Assembly: GCA_965203555.1 (NCBI GenBank)
Contig: CBDBCY010000004.1
Location: 1,568,001-1,632,000, forward strand
Reading direction: 5' to 3'
Length of the DNA stretch: 64,000 bases
Source: Acidimicrobiia bacterium
Lineage (GTDB): Bacteria; Actinomycetota; Acidimicrobiia; Spongiisociales; ZC4RG35
The position numbers were made by a program, and so were the translations under genes. Below, piece by piece: positions 49,935-59,830 of the stretch. The first letter of the stretch is position 1. Every line of letters starts with the position of its first letter. Below the pieces are notes generated by a model. That model was not told the origin of the DNA, made no database searches, and was given only the letters and a program-made list of their open reading frames with translations.

Positions 49935-51667
49935 GCGACGCCCTCCCGCTGGGCGCGGACCAACTGCGCGTAGTGGCCGTCGCGCGACACCAGATCGCCA
50001 TGCAGTCCCGACTCGGCGACCCGTCCGTTGTCCAAGACCACGATGCGGTCGGCGTGGACGACCGACGAGAGGCGATGGGCGATGACGATGGTGGTCCGAC
50101 CTCGAGTGAGGAGGCCGAGCTCCTGCCGGATGGCGGCCTCGTTGGCGCTATCGAGGTTCGAGGTAGCCTCATCAAGAATGAGCACCGGCGCATCCTTCAA
50201 CAGAGCCCGGGCGATGGCGATGCGCTGGCGTTCGCCGCCCGAGAGCTTGGCGCCCCGCTCCCCGACGATGGTTTCGTAGCCATTCGGAAGCGACAGGATG
50301 AAGGCGTGGATGTTCGCCTTCTCGGCGGCGTCCCTGATCTCGTCCGGGCTGGCGTCGGGCCGACCGATCCGCAGGTTGTCCTCGATCGTCCCGTAGAAAA
50401 GGTACGTGTCCTGGGATACGTAGCCGATCTGGTACCGCAGGTCCTGCAGGGGAACGTCGCGGAAGTCGGTTCCGCCGAATGTCAGCGTGCCCTCCTGCGG
50501 ATCAAAGAATCGAAGGAGGAGCGATGCGACCGTGGTCTTGCCGGCGCCGGAGCGGCCGACGATCGCTACCGTCTCGCCCTCGCCGATCTCCAGGGACACA
50601 TCGGAGAGAGCCGGGCGGGCGTCATCTGAGTAACTAAAAGTGACATCGTGGAGGGCGATCGCTCCTTCCGGCGATGCGGCGGCGCCGGTCCTCCCGGCGG
50701 GGGCGGCAGGGACCCCCGGTTCGGCGTCGAGCAACTCGAAGATGCCCGTAGAAGCCGAAATCCCCATGTAGCCGGCGTGCCAGTAGACGTCCAATTCGAC
50801 GAGAGGGCGGAAGCACTCGGCCGAAAGGAAGAGAATGATGAGCAGCGCGGCGATACCCAACTCCCCGCCGGCCACTTTGAAGCTTCCTATCCCGACCGCG
50901 AGGGCCACTCCGGCGCTCATCGCGAACCCGACCAGTCCGTTGCGGATCATCGAGATCGAAAGCTGTGCCATGGTGGCTCGGTAGAGCGCCTGGCTGGCGC
51001 CGCGGAGTTCTTCCCCTCGCCGTTCGCTGGCATTGAGCGCTTTCAGCGTGACCATGCCCTGCATGGAGTCGACGAACCGGGAATCCAGCGACGAATAGGC
51101 GGCCCAGTGCCGCTGGCCGTACTCCCCCAGGAGGCCGTCCCAGATTCGGGGGATTAGCGGCACGGCCAGCGCGCAGGCCAGGACGACCACGCCGATGAGG
51201 GGATCGAGAAACACGACGACGCCGACAATGCAGATGGGAACGACGACCGACACCACGGCCTGGGGCAGGTAGTAGCCAACATACGACTCGAGCGCCTCGA
51301 CCCCATCCACCAGGGCCGATTGCACCTTGCCCGTTTCGGTGTGCTCCAGGTAACCGGGTCCAAGCAGGAGCAGCTGAGCGAACAGCCGGCCGCGCAGTTT
51401 GGTCTTGACAACCGCCGCGACCTTCTTCGCCATGACCTCGCGGGCAAAGAGCAGCCCCGCGCGGAGCAAAGTCAGGCCGGCCACCACGGCGACGAAACCC
51501 GCGATCGCAGTCCAGCCGCCGCCTTCGAGGATTCGCCGCACGATGATGGCGATGAACACCCCTTGGGCGACCCAAGTGGCGGAGATCGAAAGGCCAAGCG
51601 CAACCGAGAGGGCCAGGAGCGGACGCACGCCGGCAGTCAGCCCCACAATGCGCCGGTGGATCATCAT
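49931..51667 (-). CDS. ABC transporter permease/ATPase (YbtP/IrtA/CydD-like)
   Basis: TMD plus GRSGAGKTT, LSGGERQR, DEATSNLD. Confidence 0.88.
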   Translation of the reverse strand: MMIHRRIVGLTAGVRPLLALSVALGLSISATWVAQGVFIAIIVRRILEGGGWTAIAGFVAVVAGLTLLRAGLLFAREVMAKKVAAVVKTKLRGRLFAQLLLLGPGYLEHTETGKVQSALVDGVEALESYVGYYLPQAVVSVVVPICIVGVVVFLDPLIGVVVLACALAVPLIPRIWDGLLGEYGQRHWAAYSSLDSRFVDSMQGMVTLKALNASERRGEELRGASQALYRATMAQLSISMIRNGLVGFAMSAGVALAVGIGSFKVAGGELGIAALLIILFLSAECFRPLVELDVYWHAGYMGISASTGIFELLDAEPGVPAAPAGRTGAAASPEGAIALHDVTFSYSDDARPALSDVSLEIGEGETVAIVGRSGAGKTTVASLLLRFFDPQEGTLTFGGTDFRDVPLQDLRYQIGYVSQDTYLFYGTIEDNLRIGRPDASPDEIRDAAEKANIHAFILSLPNGYETIVGERGAKLSGGERQRIAIARALLKDAPVLILDEATSNLDSANEAAIRQELGLLTRGRTTIVIAHRLSSVVHADRIVVLDNGRVAESGLHGDLVSRDGHYAQLVRAQREGVA

Positions 51668-51742
51668 ATGAGTTCCCTGTGCTTTCCGCGCCTGTGTGCC
51701 GGAAGGTCGGCGCGAACCGTGTGATTATGATACCGAATGACT

Positions 51743-51761
51743 GAGAATGATAATCATTATC
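51743..51761. promoter_or_regulatory. Fur box in divergent promoter region
   Basis: GAGAATGATAATCATTATC, 18/19 match to the classical Fur consensus. Confidence 0.85.
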
Positions 51762-51794
51762 ATCACCCGGGACTGACAATTCACTATCCATCGA

Positions 51795-52892
51795 ATGGAG
51801 GACCAGAAGATGCCTGGACGACTGCTACTTACACTGATTGCGGCCGTGGCATTGCTGACGGCCGCGGCTTGCGGCGGGGAAACCGACGACAGCGCAACCA
51901 CGGTGGCCACCACCGTAATGGCCGAGACCACAACCACGACCTCCGCACCCCCAACGACCGAAGACCACGAGGACGAAGCCGACGACCACCACGAGGACGA
52001 AGCCGCGGATGCAGCGACGCCTGACCAGCCCATTGCTGTCGAGGACGCTACCGGTGAGTTGGTCACGCTGGAGGCGCCGGCGGTCCGGGTCGTCTGCCTC
52101 ACCGGACTCTGCGTCGATACGATGTTCGTGCTCGGGGTCAAGCCGGTGGCTGCCAATGACTTGCTCCACCGGGATCCCGCCTACTGGGGACCGGAGGAGA
52201 GTGAAATCGGACCCGTCAGCGGTTCGTTCTTCGAGCCAAGCCTGGAAGACATCGCGGTGGCGAACCCCGACATAGTCATCGGGCTCGGCGGGGTTCATGA
52301 CGGCCTGCGCGCCGGCCTTGAGAGCATCGCACCACTGTTCATCGTCAACCCGATCGGCGTCGACGGGATGCTCGCGCATGTCGCGGAGGTCGGCACCCTT
52401 CTCGGCATGGAAGAGGAGGCCGAGCACGCAGTGACGGAATTCGCATCCCGGCTTGAGGAATATGTTGCGGGAGTTACCGCCAAGAGGTCTGTGATGGTGG
52501 TGTACGGGTCCGATGTCAATATCGGGGCCGATACGGTGTGCACACCGGCGGTTGATGCGGTGGCTCATGCAACGGTATATCCCCCGGAGTTCTCCGGATG
52601 TGATGTCCACCAGCCGTTCCCGAGCTTCTCGGTGGAGCAGTTGCTGGGTATCGATCCCGATGTCATCTTCGTCCAGACGTACGGATTCGGCCCAACACCC
52701 CCGGAGCCGGTGTCCGAGCAACTCGTTGACCATGTGATCTGGAGGGAGCTGGCGGCGGTGCAGAACGGCGAGGTATACGAGGTGGACTTCTTTATCTGGG
52801 GCACCTCCCGAGGTATTAACGGCACGAACTTCGTGCTTGACGAGGCGATGCCGAAGATCTACCCGGAGGTATTCCCGGCACCTCTGCCTTGA
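51795..52892 (+). CDS. Fe-siderophore/cobalamin-type ABC substrate-binding lipoprotein
   Basis: Lipobox AAAC, LGVKPVA, PSLEDIAVANPD, W..L.AVQNGEVY. Confidence 0.88.
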   Translation: MEDQKMPGRLLLTLIAAVALLTAAACGGETDDSATTVATTVMAETTTTTSAPPTTEDHEDEADDHHEDEAADAATPDQPIAVEDATGELVTLEAPAVRVVCLTGLCVDTMFVLGVKPVAANDLLHRDPAYWGPEESEIGPVSGSFFEPSLEDIAVANPDIVIGLGGVHDGLRAGLESIAPLFIVNPIGVDGMLAHVAEVGTLLGMEEEAEHAVTEFASRLEEYVAGVTAKRSVMVVYGSDVNIGADTVCTPAVDAVAHATVYPPEFSGCDVHQPFPSFSVEQLLGIDPDVIFVQTYGFGPTPPEPVSEQLVDHVIWRELAAVQNGEVYEVDFFIWGTSRGINGTNFVLDEAMPKIYPEVFPAPLP

Positions 52893-53929
52893 GCACACAC
52901 CCGGGCCAGGCGGCGACACCGGGCCGACCCTGGTTCCTGGTGATCGTCGCCGCAGCGATACTGGTGGCGCTCGCCGCCCTTGCCGTAGTACACCTGAGCA
53001 CGGTTGAGCCGAGGGTGGCGCCCGGGCAACTGCCCGGCATCCTGTTGGGCGAGTCCGGCGACCGGATCGAACGGCTCGTGGTCCGCGAGTTGGGGTTGCC
53101 GCGGCTGATCCTGGCGCTTTTGTCCGGCGCGGCGCTCGGGCTCTCCGGGGCCATCCTTCAGGTCGTCCTCAGGAACCCGCTGGCCTCGCCGGGTCTGCTC
53201 GGCGTGTCGGCCGGAGCATCACTGGCAATGGCGATCATCCTGCTGCTGAACGCACCGGTGCTGTTCGCGCTTCATCCCGTCGTGGCTCTGGCCGGGGGGC
53301 TCGGCGGCGGACTGATCGTCCTGGTGGCGTCCCGGGGAGCGCGAACCCCGGTGGAGGCGGCGCTGACCGGCGTCGCGGTTGCGGCGCTCCTCAATGGGAT
53401 CATCCTGGCGGTGATCGGCCTCGCCGCCTCATCCGGCGCGGTGCGGGTCTTCTTCCTCTTCACGGTCGGCAACCTATCGGGAAGGACCTGGGATCATGTC
53501 CAGCTGGTGTGGCCCTGGGTCCTGGCGGGGGTTCCCGCAGCCTTCATCCTCGCGCGAGGCGCCAATGTGCTCCAGTTGGACGAGGATGTCACCTCGTCGC
53601 TGGGGATGCAGGCCAAACGCATGCGCATGCTCTTCATCACCCTGGCGGCGTTGCTCGTCGGGAGCATTGTGGCCGTCGCCGGGCCCATCGCCTGGGTGGG
53701 GCTCCTGACGCCACACATCGCTCGCCTGATCGTCCCACGGTCGGATGCGAGGCTTCTCTTTCCGGTGTCCACGCTGATCGGAGCGCTCCTGTTACTGGCC
53801 TCCGACGTGCTTGCCAAGGTAGTCATCTATCCGGGCGAGATTCCGGTGGGGCTGTGCACGACCCTCCTGGCCGCCCCGCTGATTCTCCTGCTCCTCCGCC
53901 GTTCAAACCTGGGACTGAGCCGCTCGTGA
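52889..53929 (+). CDS. FecCD-family permease
   Basis: LPR, RNPLASPGLLGVSAGA, GEIPVG. Confidence 0.9.
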   Translation: MSTHPGQAATPGRPWFLVIVAAAILVALAALAVVHLSTVEPRVAPGQLPGILLGESGDRIERLVVRELGLPRLILALLSGAALGLSGAILQVVLRNPLASPGLLGVSAGASLAMAIILLLNAPVLFALHPVVALAGGLGGGLIVLVASRGARTPVEAALTGVAVAALLNGIILAVIGLAASSGAVRVFFLFTVGNLSGRTWDHVQLVWPWVLAGVPAAFILARGANVLQLDEDVTSSLGMQAKRMRMLFITLAALLVGSIVAVAGPIAWVGLLTPHIARLIVPRSDARLLFPVSTLIGALLLLASDVLAKVVIYPGEIPVGLCTTLLAAPLILLLLRRSNLGLSRS

Positions 53930-54951
53930 CTTCGACGCGCTCGTTCGTGGCCCTCCTGGTGCTCACCGGCATGGCGGCTGTTGCGCTCTTCATCCTCCAC
54001 CTCGGCCTGGGCACCGTCTGGATCCCACCGGATCGGGTCATCGGCGTCCTGGTGGACGGACTGGCGGATTCCACGGATCGGACGATCGTGTGGGACCTGC
54101 GGATGCCTCGGGCGATTCTCGGGCTCCTGGTGGGTGGCATGCTGGGCCTTTCGGGGGCGTTGCTGCAGGTCGTCATGCGCAATCGTCTCGCCGAGCCCGG
54201 ACTCACCGGCGTCTCCACGGGGGGTATCCTGGCGGCGGTGCTGTTCCTGGCGGGCATCTGGGGACTGCCACAACCCGGCCGCCTGCTTCCTTTCGTGGTG
54301 CTCGTGGGGGCCCTGGCGGGGGGCATACTGGTGCTCTTGGTGACTTCGCGGCGCGGACGCATCGATCCCTTGCGAATGATCCTTACGGCAGTAGTCGTCA
54401 ACGCCATCCTCGGATCGCTGACTGCGATCGTCATGCTGCGCTCCAATTATGCGCTGGGAAACATCCTCTCCTGGCTCATCGGGTCGCTGCATGGCCGGGT
54501 CTGGGATGATGTCTGGCTGGCGCTGCCGTGGGCTGCCGTCGCCATCCCCGCGGGATTGCTGGCTGCCCGCGCCGCCAACATCCTTCAGCTTGACGACGAA
54601 TCCGGCCGCGCTCTGGGCCTGCCGTTGCAGCCTGCCCGGGTGGCGCTGTTCGGGCTGGCCGGGGTCCTGGCCGCCGGAGCTGTGACTGTATCCGGCGCCA
54701 TCCCATTCGTCGGCCTGATGGCCCCGAACGCGGCGCGGGCGGTCGTCGGCGCCGACGCCCGTCGTGTCCTGCCCCTGGCCGCTCTCATCGGCTGCCTGCT
54801 CCTGTTGGCGGCCGACCTCGTTGCCCAATCATTTTCCATCAAGCCGCCGATCCCCTCCTCGGCCTACCGGGTGGGCCTTCCCGTCGGCGCAGTACTGGCC
54901 ATCTTCGGGGCGCCACTGCTCATCATCCTGATTCGGCGGAGCACGAGATGA
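53926..54951 (+). CDS. FecCD-family permease
   Basis: LRMPR, RNRLAEPGLTGV, FVGLMAP, LPVG. Confidence 0.9.
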   Translation: MTSTRSFVALLVLTGMAAVALFILHLGLGTVWIPPDRVIGVLVDGLADSTDRTIVWDLRMPRAILGLLVGGMLGLSGALLQVVMRNRLAEPGLTGVSTGGILAAVLFLAGIWGLPQPGRLLPFVVLVGALAGGILVLLVTSRRGRIDPLRMILTAVVVNAILGSLTAIVMLRSNYALGNILSWLIGSLHGRVWDDVWLALPWAAVAIPAGLLAARAANILQLDDESGRALGLPLQPARVALFGLAGVLAAGAVTVSGAIPFVGLMAPNAARAVVGADARRVLPLAALIGCLLLLAADLVAQSFSIKPPIPSSAYRVGLPVGAVLAIFGAPLLIILIRRSTR

Positions 54952-55745
54952 ACGACATCGAACCGATCAGGCTGGAACAGGTCAGCGCCGGCTATGGGCA
55001 GCGCATCGTGCTCGAGGGTCTCGACTTGGGGCTCCAACAGGGGGCTATCACCGCCATCGTCGGGCCGAACGGGTCGGGGAAATCCACGGTGATCCGGACA
55101 ATGGCCCGGCTGCTCCCGGCGCGAAGCGGCGTCGTGCTCCTCGACGGGCGAGACATCCGGAACTTCGGATCTCGCGATGTCGCCCGCCTGGTCTCCGTTC
55201 TTCCCCAATCTCCATCGAGCCCGCCAGGGCTGACGGTTCGCGAACTCGTCGAGTTGGGTCGCTTTCCCCATACCGGGCTGTTCGGACGACTCGGCGCCGA
55301 GGGCAGACGCGCCGTGGAGTCTGCGCTCACCCTCACGGGTCTGGGCAGTTTCGCGGAGCGACCCCTGGACGAACTCTCCGGGGGCGAACGCCAGCGCGCC
55401 TGGATCGCGCTCGCTCTCGCTCAGGGCGCAAGCACTCTACTTCTGGACGAGCCGACCACATTTCTTGATGTCCGGCATCAGTTCGAGGTCCTGGACCTCG
55501 TTGCATCCCTCTGCGCGAGCGGCGGTATGACGGTCGTAATGGTGCTGCACGACCTCTTGCATGCCGCCAACTACGCCGACCGGGTGGTGGTGGTGGACGG
55601 TGGCCGAATCGTGGCGGACGATGCGCCTTCCGCGGTGCTCACCGTCGAGCTGATGCGGTCGGTGTTCGGCGTGGCGGCAAGGATCTTCACCGACCCCGAA
55701 TCCGGCCGGATGATCTGCCTGCCGATCGGTCCCGGCGGGGGTTGA
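54948..55745 (+). CDS. Fe-siderophore ABC ATP-binding protein (FepC/FecE-like)
   Basis: GPNGSGKST, LSGGERQRAWIA, DEPTTFLD. Confidence 0.92.
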   Translation: MNDIEPIRLEQVSAGYGQRIVLEGLDLGLQQGAITAIVGPNGSGKSTVIRTMARLLPARSGVVLLDGRDIRNFGSRDVARLVSVLPQSPSSPPGLTVRELVELGRFPHTGLFGRLGAEGRRAVESALTLTGLGSFAERPLDELSGGERQRAWIALALAQGASTLLLDEPTTFLDVRHQFEVLDLVASLCASGGMTVVMVLHDLLHAANYADRVVVVDGGRIVADDAPSAVLTVELMRSVFGVAARIFTDPESGRMICLPIGPGGG

Positions 55746-55877
55746 TCTCCGGTTCCGGCCGGCTACCGCGGCCGCCCTTTGGCGGTGCAGGTTCTGCAGG
55801 AAAGTGCTGCGGTGGGACGGACCCCACCCTCCCGGCAGAACGAGACCGCTATTCCACCCTGCCGCTACCGCCACCGG

Positions 55878-56960
55878 TCACGACTGCCGGGCACCGCCAC
55901 GCCCGGTGGCCAGATGACGAACGACCGCCAAGGTCGCGATCAAGCCTACGATGGCTATTCCCAGCAGGATGGTCCCGGCCGTGGAAGCCGCCCGATCCGA
56001 CTGATCCGCTTCAGATGCTGCGTTCCGTTGAATCTCCTCGACGAGTCCGTCGATTTCCGCACCGAGCCTGTCCAGTATCTGTTGATTGAGGGCGATCAAC
56101 TCCCGCTCGGCCACCGCCAGGGACAGTCTCGCTCTAATCTCATCAAAATAATTGATCGGGTCGGGGCCCGTCTGGAACAACTGTTCGGCAAGAGGAATGA
56201 CCGATTCATCAATCTCCGGTCCGCCTTCAGCCGAAAGGAATTCCATGCTCAGTCTGGCCCGGTGCCGCTCGGAATCGAACGCCTCTTCCAGGCTGGTGAC
56301 CAGGGTCGGATCCGTCATCCTGCTGGCGGATTGCAGAACCAGATACCCATTGGTGGTGGCAGAAGCCAGGGTGTTGAAGTGACGGAAGCGTAATACTTCC
56401 AGGTTGTTGAGGCTGTCCGCTTCCGTATCCCGGAACTCGCTCCTGCCGGTCATCATGTAATAGGTCTGGTTGTCCACGCTATTGGTGAGGGCGAGGGTGA
56501 GGTTCCTGGAGGCGGCGTCTCTCAGTTCCACGCGTTTCGCCTCCCCGGCCAGAATCGCCCTCAACAATTCAGGCCGTCCCGCCTCGATTAGATCGACATT
56601 GGAGGTCAGGAGGCCAACCTGCTCTGCCAGGTTCTCCACCCTGGCCGCATAATCCCCACCGGCCAGAATTGACATCTGCTCATCCAGTTCGGCCTCGTGT
56701 TCGGCTATGGCGGCCCTGCCCGCAATCACGCTGTCTCTCGTCATACCAAGGTTGCTCTCCACCGCTCCCAGCAAAGCCAGGGCGTCGGCGTGGCGAGCGA
56801 CCCCCAGAACAGCACTCAAAGCCTGGGTATCGCCATTGCTTTGGTCCTGACCCTGCAAGCCCCCCACAATCCGCCATCCAACCGCCGATGATGCAGTAAT
56901 GAGTATCAGGGCAGCTGCTACGGCTATCACCAACGGGGCGCGACCGGTCCGGGCCATCAT
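55878..56960 (-). CDS. two-TM protein with large helical extracytoplasmic domain and no cytoplasmic output domain
   Basis: TM helices at both ends; TorS-like sensor-domain character (inference). Confidence 0.6.
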   Translation of the reverse strand: MMARTGRAPLVIAVAAALILITASSAVGWRIVGGLQGQDQSNGDTQALSAVLGVARHADALALLGAVESNLGMTRDSVIAGRAAIAEHEAELDEQMSILAGGDYAARVENLAEQVGLLTSNVDLIEAGRPELLRAILAGEAKRVELRDAASRNLTLALTNSVDNQTYYMMTGRSEFRDTEADSLNNLEVLRFRHFNTLASATTNGYLVLQSASRMTDPTLVTSLEEAFDSERHRARLSMEFLSAEGGPEIDESVIPLAEQLFQTGPDPINYFDEIRARLSLAVAERELIALNQQILDRLGAEIDGLVEEIQRNAASEADQSDRAASTAGTILLGIAIVGLIATLAVVRHLATGRGGARQS

Positions 56961-58222
56961 GGCGTTCCTCCTAAACGTTCAACCTGATGAAATCTCCCAT
57001 CATCACCGATAACCGTCACAAATACGGCATCGGATCCCTGATTGTCGTCGGGGCCGTATAAGAGCTCCCACCCATCAATGTCAATAGTCCCGGCATCCCG
57101 AACTGCGCTGAGGAAGCAGGCCCGGCTGAGATCGGCGCCGCAACTCCTGAGACCTTCGATAGCCAGCCGTCCGGCCAGGTATCCCTCCAGGGAACCGAAG
57201 CCAGGTACCGCGTCGGCTTGGTACGCCTTCAGTGCCTTCTGATAGGCCGCCACCACGGGCACACCCCCATCCTCGGGGAGAGGAACGACTTGAGTGATGT
57301 AAACGCCGACGCCTTCCGGCCCCAACTCTTCCGCCATAGCTCTGCTGCCCACGAAGGAGACGGACATGAACACCGGGTCGATATCCTGGCGGACCATCCT
57401 GATTGCCTTGGCAACCGGAGAGTACGCTCCGATCATGATGATCGCCTCGGGATCATGTTGCACGATGTGCAGTACCCCGGTCTTGACGGCGGTCGTGTTG
57501 CGCCGGTAATACCAGGATGCCACGGGCTCCAGACCTCGGCGTTCCAAGGCGAGACGCGTTCCCTCGAGTCCGTCCTGCCCGTAGGAGTCGTTCTGGTACA
57601 GGACCGCCACTCTGGTAATACCCAGATCTTCGGTGAGGCGCTCCACCATTTCCTCGGTCTCCTGGTGGTAGGAGGCGCGCACATTCAGGACATTGGCCAG
57701 GCCAGGATCACGAAGGAAAGCCGCACCTGTGAAGGGACCGACAAAAGGCACCCCCTCCGCATTGGCCAGCGGCGAGACGGAACGGGAAGTAGGCGTACCG
57801 ACTTCCCCGATCAGGGCGAAGACCCCTTCGCGGTTGATGAGGCGCCAGGTGTTGGCGAAGGCGGAGTCCGGCTCATAGCCGTCGTCCAGTGTTACAAGAT
57901 CCAGCATCCGCCCGTGAACTCCGCCGGCTTGGTTCTGCTCCTGGAACGCCGCCTGGATACCGAGCCGCATTTCCTTGCCAAGTTCCGCCGCCGGCCCGCT
58001 GAACGCGGCGGATTGTCCGAACAAGATCCGACTGTCGGTGATGCCGGGGTCGCTCAGCTCGGCCTCAGCCAACGCTTCTTGAGATTCTCCGGAACTCTCA
58101 GGGGGAGGCGCGGTACCTTCATCCGACCCCTGGCACCCGGCGAGAAACGCCATCAAACCCACAGACAGCACAACCGCTTTGAGCAACAGACGCAACGACA
58201 ACCGGTGCCTGGTGTCGGCCAT
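56957..58222 (-). CDS. LivJ-type (Peripla_BP_6) substrate-binding lipoprotein
   Basis: Lipobox LAGC, GQSAAFSGPA, GGVHGR..L..LDDGYEP, VGTPT. Confidence 0.88.
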   Translation of the reverse strand: MADTRHRLSLRLLLKAVVLSVGLMAFLAGCQGSDEGTAPPPESSGESQEALAEAELSDPGITDSRILFGQSAAFSGPAAELGKEMRLGIQAAFQEQNQAGGVHGRMLDLVTLDDGYEPDSAFANTWRLINREGVFALIGEVGTPTSRSVSPLANAEGVPFVGPFTGAAFLRDPGLANVLNVRASYHQETEEMVERLTEDLGITRVAVLYQNDSYGQDGLEGTRLALERRGLEPVASWYYRRNTTAVKTGVLHIVQHDPEAIIMIGAYSPVAKAIRMVRQDIDPVFMSVSFVGSRAMAEELGPEGVGVYITQVVPLPEDGGVPVVAAYQKALKAYQADAVPGFGSLEGYLAGRLAIEGLRSCGADLSRACFLSAVRDAGTIDIDGWELLYGPDDNQGSDAVFVTVIGDDGRFHQVERLGGTP

Positions 58223-58937
58223 AGCCGATCGGGCACCCGTGTGCATACCGGATCCCTGGTATAAGTGAAACAGTCGCTTCAACGTTGACCCTGCCTTTCG
58301 TCTTTCGGAGCGCCCCATCCGTCGCCCGCCCCGGCCGATCCGGCGCACACACTCGCGGTGGGCGCTCTCCAGGCCGGTGAGGCCATCGCCGCGGTGGTTT
58401 CCGTGGGCGGTCGTGTTCGGTTCAGGCCTTGTCCTCATTTGGTATAGGTTTAACCTCTCATCAATAATCATATAGTAGCTAAGTATTCTCAAAACGTGGA
58501 GTATTCTCGAAACACCCCGCCGAGGTGCGGGTTCAGAGGACGTCGCCAACAGCCCTCCACCCGCCCACAACCACTCGACGTATGCAACGGGTCATTGTTT
58601 CTCTCAAGGGGTGGGAATACCGGCCAAGCTCACCGCGACGGCGCAGGGGTAGCACCGGCTTTACCGGTCCTGTCCAAATCGCGCTTCCCCATGTGGCGTC
58701 GCCTCTTTTTGAATGTGGACCCCACCTGGCAATCCCCGCAGGGGGGCAGTTCAGAGGTGGGGCTTCCACCCGTCCCCGGCGGTGTCACCGCAGTCGGCTC
58801 AGCGGCCATCGGCGGTGCTTTTCGTCCGGTCTGATCTCAATCAACCCGGCAGGCGCTAGCGACGCCAACCGCCTCAGGAGGGCGCCCGCCGACCCGGAAA
58901 GGCCTGCGTTCACAGATCGTCCGGTTCAACCCAGGGC

Positions 58938-59636
58938 TCAGAAGGGAAGACCGACCGCGGTTGTCAGGAACTTCACGTAAGGGACGGCTTGGCGGCAGAC
59001 ATCGGCAAATCCCTCCAGGAAACCGGGCGATGTCGCCTCCTGCTCATCGAACTCGACCCAGGCGATGTGATCCTTGCGCTTGAGATCATCGATTCGGGGG
59101 TGGTTCGCATCGAAGCCTCTCGGCGAGCGTTTCAGGGAGTCTCCGATCACAGAGAACACGCTCAGAAACTCCGGTTCCTTTGAAGCTTGTTCCCATCTGT
59201 CCGGATCATCGACGATGGCGGTTCGGATCTTGAGCAGCGCGGGGCCGCCGGGCCGCCACAGGCCGACACCCGCCCCCACCTCCCCGGGCGCCAGGTGGAG
59301 ATAGAAGCCGGGCGCATGCGCCGTCCTGCCGGCCTCATGCCGGAAATGGGCGGCGGCCTGGGTCTTGTAGGGACTCTTGTCCTTGCTGAACCGCAGGTCA
59401 CGATAGATGCGGAACATCGATCCGCCGTTGGAGCGAGAGTCCGCGACGAAGTGCTCACTGATGGAATGCAACAACGGCCCGAAGTCTTCAATGAAGCCGA
59501 GCATCGGCTCCTTGACATGCTGCTCGTAGCGGTCTCTGTTGACCTTGAACCATTCACGATCATTGTTGGCTCGCAGGTCCAGCAGAAACTCGAACAGGTC
59601 CGGTGTGAAATGGGTTTTCATGATCATCGCCCTCAT
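58938..59636 (-). CDS. DUF2461 (TIGR02453) family protein
   Basis: NNDREWF, FRIYRDLRFSKDKSPYK, PGFYLH. Confidence 0.9.
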   Translation of the reverse strand: MRAMIMKTHFTPDLFEFLLDLRANNDREWFKVNRDRYEQHVKEPMLGFIEDFGPLLHSISEHFVADSRSNGGSMFRIYRDLRFSKDKSPYKTQAAAHFRHEAGRTAHAPGFYLHLAPGEVGAGVGLWRPGGPALLKIRTAIVDDPDRWEQASKEPEFLSVFSVIGDSLKRSPRGFDANHPRIDDLKRKDHIAWVEFDEQEATSPGFLEGFADVCRQAVPYVKFLTTAVGLPF

Positions 59637-59830
59637 TTCATCGGCGGCGGCAATAGGAAAGTTGCGGGTGCGCCTTCGTCTGACCGAATATCGAACTCTA
59701 CCTGTTGGCAGGACGATCCCGGTTGCCGGCCCTTGCCGCGTTTGCCGATGAAGGAACCTGCCTGCTGGGGTGAACCCCCAGGTAAGGGAAGTGCGATGTT
59801 TCGACAATCGCCATAACCTACTATCGAGAA

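Noticed and set aside
58560-58930. Possible riboswitch or ncRNA in the long intergenic region
   Set aside because: GC-rich hairpin potential, but no conserved motif I can recognise.
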